A stretch of DNA of 64,000 nucleotides from Alphaproteobacteria bacterium (GTDB lineage Bacteria > Pseudomonadota > Alphaproteobacteria > Rickettsiales > UBA998), in assembly GCA_004293935.1 (NCBI GenBank), contig RDZH01000016.1, positions 2,151 to 66,150 on the forward strand, read 5' to 3'. This document shows, piece after piece, positions 58,486 through 64,000 of the stretch (the first letter of the stretch is position 1; each line of letters opens with the position of its first letter). Below the pieces are notes generated by a model that saw nothing but the letters and a program-made list of their open reading frames with translations, searched no databases and was not told the origin of the DNA. A program made the translations under genes and the position numbers.

Positions 58486-59280
58486 ATGTATTCTTTTGAA
58501 CCCGCACTCAGCGAAATAATCATGTTCCTCATCTTAGGCATGTGCTTTGGAAGCCTAAACAGTTTACTGATTTATCGCTTGCCTCGCACTATGCCGATTG
58601 GTCGCACACGCTCGCGTTGCCCTTCGTGCCATCATGCATTAGGAGTCCGTGATCTCATACCTCTGGTGAGTTGGTTATTGCACCGAGGATCGTGCCGTTA
58701 TTGCGGTGTACGCATATCATGGCGTTATCCTCTGCTTGAATGTAGTATGGGGCTTGTTTTCTATGGCGTTTATAGCATGTATGGCATGACATGGATGGCG
58801 GTATGTATCGCGGTATTTTTATCGCAATTAATGGCATTATGTATCATTGATTATCAACATCGCATTATTCCCGATCAGTTGCAGATAAGCCTCGCAATGA
58901 CCGCCCTCATCTATCATCTCCTCAAAGGCACACACATCGCCGAACCTTTGGCAGGCATGATCGTTGGACTTGGTATAGGGCTAGCACTGCATCATGGTTT
59001 CCGCATCCTAAGAAATAAAGAAGGATTAGGTTTTGGTGATGTCAAATTCATCACCGTTTCTGGCATGTGGCTTGGAACATTACCCCTTGTACCCTATTTC
59101 TTTTATGCAGGATGCTTAGGAATCATCTCAGCCTTATTATGGCGTTTGGTGAATCCTGATCCTCGCTTTCCCTTTGGGCCAGCACTAGCAATGAGTTTAG
59201 CTTTGTTGGTTGTGCATCCACCAAGTAGTTTATGGCTAGAAGATGCCATCCTTTTTATCGTTATGAGGCAATCGCACTAA
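58486..59280 (+). CDS. pilD: Prepilin peptidase/N-methyltransferase PilD (A24 family)
   Basis: The Cys-rich cytoplasmic motif is CPSCHHAL...CRYCG. It is a polytopic membrane protein with the two catalytic Asp regions (IIDYQHRIIPD, GFGDVKF). Confidence 0.88.
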   Translation: MYSFEPALSEIIMFLILGMCFGSLNSLLIYRLPRTMPIGRTRSRCPSCHHALGVRDLIPLVSWLLHRGSCRYCGVRISWRYPLLECSMGLVFYGVYSMYGMTWMAVCIAVFLSQLMALCIIDYQHRIIPDQLQISLAMTALIYHLLKGTHIAEPLAGMIVGLGIGLALHHGFRILRNKEGLGFGDVKFITVSGMWLGTLPLVPYFFYAGCLGIISALLWRLVNPDPRFPFGPALAMSLALLVVHPPSSLWLEDAILFIVMRQSH

Positions 59281-59489
59281 ATTCCTTTACCTAATTTTGG
59301 TATGTTCGCTTTACAGGGTATCTCTATCCTACTACGCATCGTGATGTGGGATAGCTCTATCATTAAAGAAAATATCAATCCATGCACATAATGTGATAGT
59401 TCATGTTGCATTTTACAGCAGAACCAAGTAACAAAAACTATCTAGGGGGCATTTATGCTTCTATGGTTGTGATTAAATGAGTACGAATA

Positions 59490-61100
59490 ATGACAGACAT
59501 GAATGAACATGATAAAAAAACGAGTGCCACGCCTGAAATGCCCAAACTTTCAGACATGGCTCGTCCACAACTACGCCGACGCACGGGAGAACCAATGAAT
59601 AATGATGCGGAGCAAATGAACGTTCCTTCTCCTCCCATGATGGCTGCACCTCCGCCGCCGCCTCCTATGATGGCTGCACCGCCTCCTCCGCCTCCGCCTC
59701 CCATGATGGCTGCACCGCCTCCGCCGCCACCGCCGCCTCCACCACCTCCCGTGATGGAAACCCATCCCGAGCCAGAGGATTTTATTGAGGATAATTTTGC
59801 ACAGGAAGAAGCATTCGAGCCTGAAGAACTATTCATAGCTGAAGAAATTCCAGAACCCGAAGAAGCATTTGAAGAACCACGCGATGATGTTCCATTAATG
59901 ATTGCACCACCTGCGGTACAGTTAGCACCCGCACCACTTTCACAATCCTCAAACGGTTCTTTATCGCAACAGGCCTTTATCGATATTGTCCGTCAGCATG
60001 AAGCATGGTTGGTATCGGATGGTCGTGAAGGAAGACGCGCCAATTTGTCTGGCGCAGATTTACGCGCAATCAATTTTGATGCTGCGAATTTGCAACTCGC
60101 TAATTTTCGTAATGCCAACTTATCTGGTACAGTACTCAGTCACGCACTTCTCACCGAAGCCGATTTCAGTGAAGCGATCTTAGAAAATATCCGTGCTGAG
60201 GGCTGCGATTGGTCACGCGTCAATTTATCAGGCGCAAGCCTTACGGGCGCATCATTGAATGGCACAAGTTTCGCCTATGCCACGATGATTGGCACAAATT
60301 TTTATCAGGCTTCTGCAAAAGGAGCAAATTTCCAATCCGCCAACATGCGCGAAACGATCCTTGCCATGACCGATTGTACGGAAGCATATATGGAAGGCGT
60401 AAGTTTGCGTAATGCTGATTTGTCGCAAACCATCTTGGCACGCGCCATTATGACGCACGCTGATATGCGCGAAGCCAATTTAGTCAACACTGATTTTACC
60501 GATGCGATCTTGCGTGATGCATCTTTCAAAAATGCGCATTTTGAACAAGTATCCTTCACCAAGGCGGATTTTTCTGTCGCGCAGGATGTCCCGATGGAAC
60601 ATCAGAATCAAGGATTCCGTCAAGAGATGGAAACATTGGAGCGACAAAAGAAAGAAATCGCCTCTATGCAGAATAATCTGCAATCCAAAGAAAACGAACT
60701 CCTCACCTTAAAAATGCGCCTAGAAGAGCAACAAAGCCTGCTTAATGCTTTGATGCAGGAAGAACAAAACTATGCCAAAAGTCTGAGCAAAATCAAAAAA
60801 CGCTTTTGCATGATTCGTAATATCTGGCTAGGTGTGATGCTGATTGCCTTCGCACTCACAACTCTAGTCTTGTCTCAAGTAGGCATGGATGCTTTGGATA
60901 TTATGGAAATGATGGTGCTGTTTTTAATCCCAACCTTTTTATTCGGAGTCATTCTCTTTAGCGTTGGGCAAATATCGCGTGCGATTAAAAAATGCACCAC
61001 ACACAGCACGAGCCGTGAACGCAAAATCACCTCTTTGCAACAGATGGAAGATAAACTCTCACCAAATGAGAAAAAGGATGGTTTACCTAAAATATTATAA
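59490..61100 (+). CDS. Membrane-anchored pentapeptide-repeat protein with N-terminal polyproline tracts
   Basis: It carries (MMAA-Pn) x3 with n = 6, 8 and 12, followed by an acidic EEAFE repeat region. About 40 pentapeptide repeats follow (ANLSGADLRAINFDAANLQLANFRNANLSG...). A coiled coil and two C-terminal TM helices complete the protein. Confidence 0.8.
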   Translation: MTDMNEHDKKTSATPEMPKLSDMARPQLRRRTGEPMNNDAEQMNVPSPPMMAAPPPPPPMMAAPPPPPPPPMMAAPPPPPPPPPPPPVMETHPEPEDFIEDNFAQEEAFEPEELFIAEEIPEPEEAFEEPRDDVPLMIAPPAVQLAPAPLSQSSNGSLSQQAFIDIVRQHEAWLVSDGREGRRANLSGADLRAINFDAANLQLANFRNANLSGTVLSHALLTEADFSEAILENIRAEGCDWSRVNLSGASLTGASLNGTSFAYATMIGTNFYQASAKGANFQSANMRETILAMTDCTEAYMEGVSLRNADLSQTILARAIMTHADMREANLVNTDFTDAILRDASFKNAHFEQVSFTKADFSVAQDVPMEHQNQGFRQEMETLERQKKEIASMQNNLQSKENELLTLKMRLEEQQSLLNALMQEEQNYAKSLSKIKKRFCMIRNIWLGVMLIAFALTTLVLSQVGMDALDIMEMMVLFLIPTFLFGVILFSVGQISRAIKKCTTHSTSRERKITSLQQMEDKLSPNEKKDGLPKIL

Positions 61101-61180
61101 GCAAACTATGTTAGGATTAATAACAGAGTTTCGATCACTCACCATATAAAAACAACAACATAGATGCAGTACAACATATC

Positions 61181-61759
61181 ATGACACAAAAAGAAGAATT
61201 AAAAAAATTTATTTGCGTATTCTGTGGCGCGCAAAATGCCGTTCCACAACAACACCTTAAGGCAGGGCATGAATTCGGTGCAGAAATGGCCAAGCGTCAC
61301 TGGGGTTTAGTCTATGGCGGCGGAGATTGTGGCGTTATGGGCGCGGTTGCCAATGCCGTTTTAGAACATAAAGGATGGGTTACAGGGGTATTTCCTGAAC
61401 ATCTTCGTCAAATTGAGCAAGAGCATAAACATCTTAGCGAAACGCTGATTGTGCAGGATATGCACTCTCGCAAGCAGCTTATGTATAAACGTGCCGATGC
61501 CTTTGTGATTTTCCCCGGCGGTTTTGGAACTATGGATGAAACATTTGAGATTCTCACATGGCGGCAGATCGGATTGCATACCAAGCCGATCATTATTTTC
61601 AATCATGAGGGCTATTGGGATCATTTGGTTGCCTTATTTGACAATATCATTGCAACAGGTTTTGCCACAGCATCAACACGTGATATATACGAAGTCATTG
61701 ATTCTTATGATGCATTATTAGAGCGTATGGAGCATGTAGAACGCGCAGGTGATTCATAA
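61181..61759 (+). CDS. LOG-family (TIGR00730) nucleotide phosphoribohydrolase
   Basis: GLVYGGG..G.MG and the PGGFGTMDE motif are present. The size is ~190 aa. Confidence 0.85.
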   Translation: MTQKEELKKFICVFCGAQNAVPQQHLKAGHEFGAEMAKRHWGLVYGGGDCGVMGAVANAVLEHKGWVTGVFPEHLRQIEQEHKHLSETLIVQDMHSRKQLMYKRADAFVIFPGGFGTMDETFEILTWRQIGLHTKPIIIFNHEGYWDHLVALFDNIIATGFATASTRDIYEVIDSYDALLERMEHVERAGDS

Positions 61760-61805
61760 TATAGTGCGTTGACACTATATACCTATTTTATAAGGTGACA
61801 ACCCT

Positions 61806-62579
61806 ATGGCAAAAATTCCTGAATTTACCCAAGAACAATATCAAGATTTTGCCCGCTCTCTCGATGACGGTTCGTATTTTCAAAATGCACGTAAATGGTA
61901 CACCATCGTCTATATGTCGATTTTACCAGAGCGTTGTTATTGGATTGTCATGTTTGCCATTGCTTCCACCGCAGCCTTCTTATCCATTATCTCGCTGATT
62001 TTATTATTGCCCCTTGCGCCAGCACAGCCCATTTTGTTGCCCATGCGTGATGTGCTACGCGATCTTCCTATGATCATGCCATTGAAGGAAAGCCCTTATC
62101 AGCATGTTAATGATGCCTTGCAGCGTTTTTTTATACGTGAATATCTCACACGGCGTGAACATTATAGCTTTGAAACCATCAATGCAAATTTTCGCTTCGT
62201 CCGCAACTATTCCAATGCGCCCGTAATGAGCAGCTATCGTCGTGAGATTAATCCTATGTCTCCCAAAAGCCCCATCAATCGCTATGAGCGAAAAATACAG
62301 AGAAAAATCACCATCGATACCATCAACATCCACCGTATTGATGGAAAAGATGAAACATGGGAAGAAGATGGACGCTATTTAGCGACCGTTTTTTTTCGTG
62401 CAAATGAGGTTAGTCTAGCAGAAAATAAGAAATCACGATGGAAAGCTGAAATTACGTTTGACTATATTCAACTAAAGATGATACAACCGAAAGACTTAGA
62501 ACATGGAAAAGCTAAAGTAATTCCAATGAAGTTTACAGTAACTGATTATAATATTATAGAAGATATTGTTATTCCTTGA
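61806..62579 (+). CDS. virB8: VirB8-family type IV secretion system protein
   Basis: A YF.NARKW N-motif and a single TM helix (YWIVMFAIASTAAFLSIISLILLL) are present. The periplasmic domain shows FIREYL..RE.Y, an NP.SP-type motif and ATVFF. It lies directly upstream of virB9. Confidence 0.6.
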   Translation: MAKIPEFTQEQYQDFARSLDDGSYFQNARKWYTIVYMSILPERCYWIVMFAIASTAAFLSIISLILLLPLAPAQPILLPMRDVLRDLPMIMPLKESPYQHVNDALQRFFIREYLTRREHYSFETINANFRFVRNYSNAPVMSSYRREINPMSPKSPINRYERKIQRKITIDTINIHRIDGKDETWEEDGRYLATVFFRANEVSLAENKKSRWKAEITFDYIQLKMIQPKDLEHGKAKVIPMKFTVTDYNIIEDIVIP

Positions 62580-62600
62580 TCATTGGGAGGAGAATATAGA

Positions 62601-63419
62601 GTGAGTAAAATGATGGGCGTTAAAAAGACCTTCCTTATGATCTGCGCGATAGTGATGGGCATCATGCAGACCCTCCCTGCGGTGGCATTGCTATTACCTG
62701 AGCCGTTGGCAACGGATTCTCGTATTAAAACGATACTTTATTCCCCTAATGAAGTGTATAAATTCACAGGGCATTATGGCTATCAATCGGTGATTGAATT
62801 TGGTGCTGATGAGCAAATTATGACCGTATCGATTGGTGATTCCATTGCGTGGCAGTTAAAGCCCGCTGGTTCACGCCTCTTTATTAAACCCATCGAACAA
62901 GATGCGTTGACCAACATGACCGTGATTACGAATCATCACACCTATCATTTTGAAATTCACGCACAAGAAACAGCATCGATTGATGATGCAGAAATGATTT
63001 TTGTGTTGCGGTTCATCTATTCTGCGCAAGTCGAACAGGAAATGATGACCAATTTACGTGGACAAGACCCCGTTCCTGATATTATGGATGAGGAAGTGCG
63101 CAAAAAATTGAATTTCAACTATTCTATTGTGGGGCCTGATAGCATCGCTCCGATACGAATTTTTGATGATGGCGAATTTACCTACTTTGAATTCAAAGAT
63201 AAAAATGCTGATTTACCCGCCTTTTATTTGGTAGACCCGTTACTGAATGAATCGATGCTGAATTTCCGTACCGTAGACGATTATATTGTCGTTGAACGCG
63301 TAGGAGCGCGATTTACGCTACGTAGTGGTGCTTATGTGTTGTGCGTCTATAATGAAACCATGCCTATGGACAAAATCCCACAACCTGAAGATGAAAGCAT
63401 CTGGAGCAAGATTTTTTAA
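62601..63419 (+). CDS. virB9: VirB9/TrbG-family type IV secretion outer-membrane core protein
   Basis: A signal peptide is present. The N-domain reads I.Y.PNEVYKF.G.YGYQS.IEF..DE.I..VS.GDS.AWQ......LFIKP....LTNMTV.T....Y.FE. The C-domain reads P.RIFDDGEFTYFEF......PAFY.VD...E...NFR..DDYIVV. RBS GGGAGGAG precedes GTG 62601. Confidence 0.72.
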   Translation: MSKMMGVKKTFLMICAIVMGIMQTLPAVALLLPEPLATDSRIKTILYSPNEVYKFTGHYGYQSVIEFGADEQIMTVSIGDSIAWQLKPAGSRLFIKPIEQDALTNMTVITNHHTYHFEIHAQETASIDDAEMIFVLRFIYSAQVEQEMMTNLRGQDPVPDIMDEEVRKKLNFNYSIVGPDSIAPIRIFDDGEFTYFEFKDKNADLPAFYLVDPLLNESMLNFRTVDDYIVVERVGARFTLRSGAYVLCVYNETMPMDKIPQPEDESIWSKIF

Positions 63420-63422
63420 TCC

Positions 63423-64000
63423 ATGAGAAAAAAGGTACGAAAAGTGACAGATATAGTTCATTATTTTGATTTATCTGAAGATGTAATGTTGGAAGGTGAT
63501 ATTGCTCTTGATTGTGAGGCGATGGGACTCAATCAGCTACGCGACCGATTATGCGTTGTGCAAATCTCCGATGGCAATGGTCATGCCCATTTGGTGCATT
63601 TCCCTGAACCAAATTATGAAGCACCGCGCCTCAAAGCACTCTTATCCGATGCATCGCGCACCAAGATCATCCATTTTGCCCGTTTTGATGTGGCATTAAT
63701 TCAACATTATCTGGATGTGCGTATGGAATCTATCTATTGCACCCGTACTGCATCACGCCTGATTCGTACCTATACGGATAAGCATGGATTGAAAGAATTA
63801 TGCAAGGAGCTGCTTAATATCGATATTTCCAAGCATCAGCAATCATCCTACTGGGGAACAGCATCCTTGAGTGATGAGCAGATTGCCTATGCTGCGAGTG
63901 ATGTCTATTACCTGCATCAATTACGTGACATCTTAGAAGAACGCTTGCAAAAAGAGGGGCGCGCCGAATTAGCGCACGCCGTCATGGCAGCTATTCCTGC
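63423..64000 (+). CDS. rnd: Small RNase D-like 3'-5' exonuclease (DEDDy), 3'-truncated by the window edge
   Basis: This ORF is not in the supplied track because it has no stop in the window. Translating from ATG 63423 gives IALDCEAMGL (ExoI), KIIHFARFD (ExoII) and YAASDVYYLHQL (ExoIII, DEDDy). Confidence 0.8.
   Translation, partial: MRKKVRKVTDIVHYFDLSEDVMLEGDIALDCEAMGLNQLRDRLCVVQISDGNGHAHLVHFPEPNYEAPRLKALLSDASRTKIIHFARFDVALIQHYLDVRMESIYCTRTASRLIRTYTDKHGLKELCKELLNIDISKHQQSSYWGTASLSDEQIAYAASDVYYLHQLRDILEERLQKEGRAELAHAVMAAIP

Noticed and set aside
59453-59836. A 127-aa ORF on the minus strand with long poly-Gly runs, and a 64-aa Arg-rich ORF.
   Set aside because: These are mirror-image translations of the CCN polyproline repeat of the pentapeptide-repeat gene. 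They are artefacts of the low-complexity DNA.
1-64000. A search for tRNA, rRNA, tmRNA, prophage, IS/transposase, integrase and defence-system genes.
   Set aside because: I found no T-loop (GGTTCGAATCC-like) or rRNA signatures and no transposase or integrase-like ORFs. The only defence- or addiction-type locus is the RelE-XRE pair. Absence is based on reading by eye and should be confirmed with tRNAscan, Infernal and HMM tools.

Overview
The window is a gene-dense chromosomal segment of about 60 protein genes, with no rRNA, tRNA, CRISPR array, transposase or integrase that I could recognise. Gene content and order point to an alphaproteobacterium: ubiG-ubiK, hdaA, glpX-hom-aminotransferase, def-fmt-truA, and fliF-fliG-fliH-fliN-flbD-flhA-flhF-flhG. 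A host-associated Holosporales-, Rickettsiales- or Rhodospirillales-like lineage is my inference only, based on two abundant hairpin-repeat families, an isolated virB8-virB9 pair and effector-like ORFans.

Housekeeping genes make up most of the window: xseA, purD, mltG, fabF, acpP, infA, rpsD, pyrD, dapB, dnaKJ, rfbBA, ahpCD, leuS, clpX, ispB, argG and rsmB. Three envelope-machine modules sit among them:
- A compact operon encoding a TPR protein, PilT, PilU and two paralogous ~270-aa pilin-like proteins (10.8-16.4 kb). A third large pilin (36.9-37.7 kb) and the prepilin peptidase PilD (58.5-59.3 kb) lie elsewhere.
- A class-II-type flagellar cluster (39.8-51.1 kb).
- A virB8-virB9 pair at the 3' edge.

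The observations most worth follow-up are:
- The retraction-ATPase plus giant-pilin operon, which has no extension or platform genes nearby.
- A membrane-anchored pentapeptide-repeat protein with three FH1-like polyproline tracts (6, 8 and 12 Pro).
- An (AG)10 tract that forms the whole -35/-10 spacer of a near-consensus promoter.
- A C12 homopolymer inside the last gene of the flagellar cluster.
- Two families of MITE-like palindromic elements. These have inserted inside operons (ahpC-ahpD, toxin-antitoxin) and supply stop codons.
- A 201-bp in-frame tandem duplication in xseA.

All functional calls come from reading the translated ORFs for motifs; no database search was possible.
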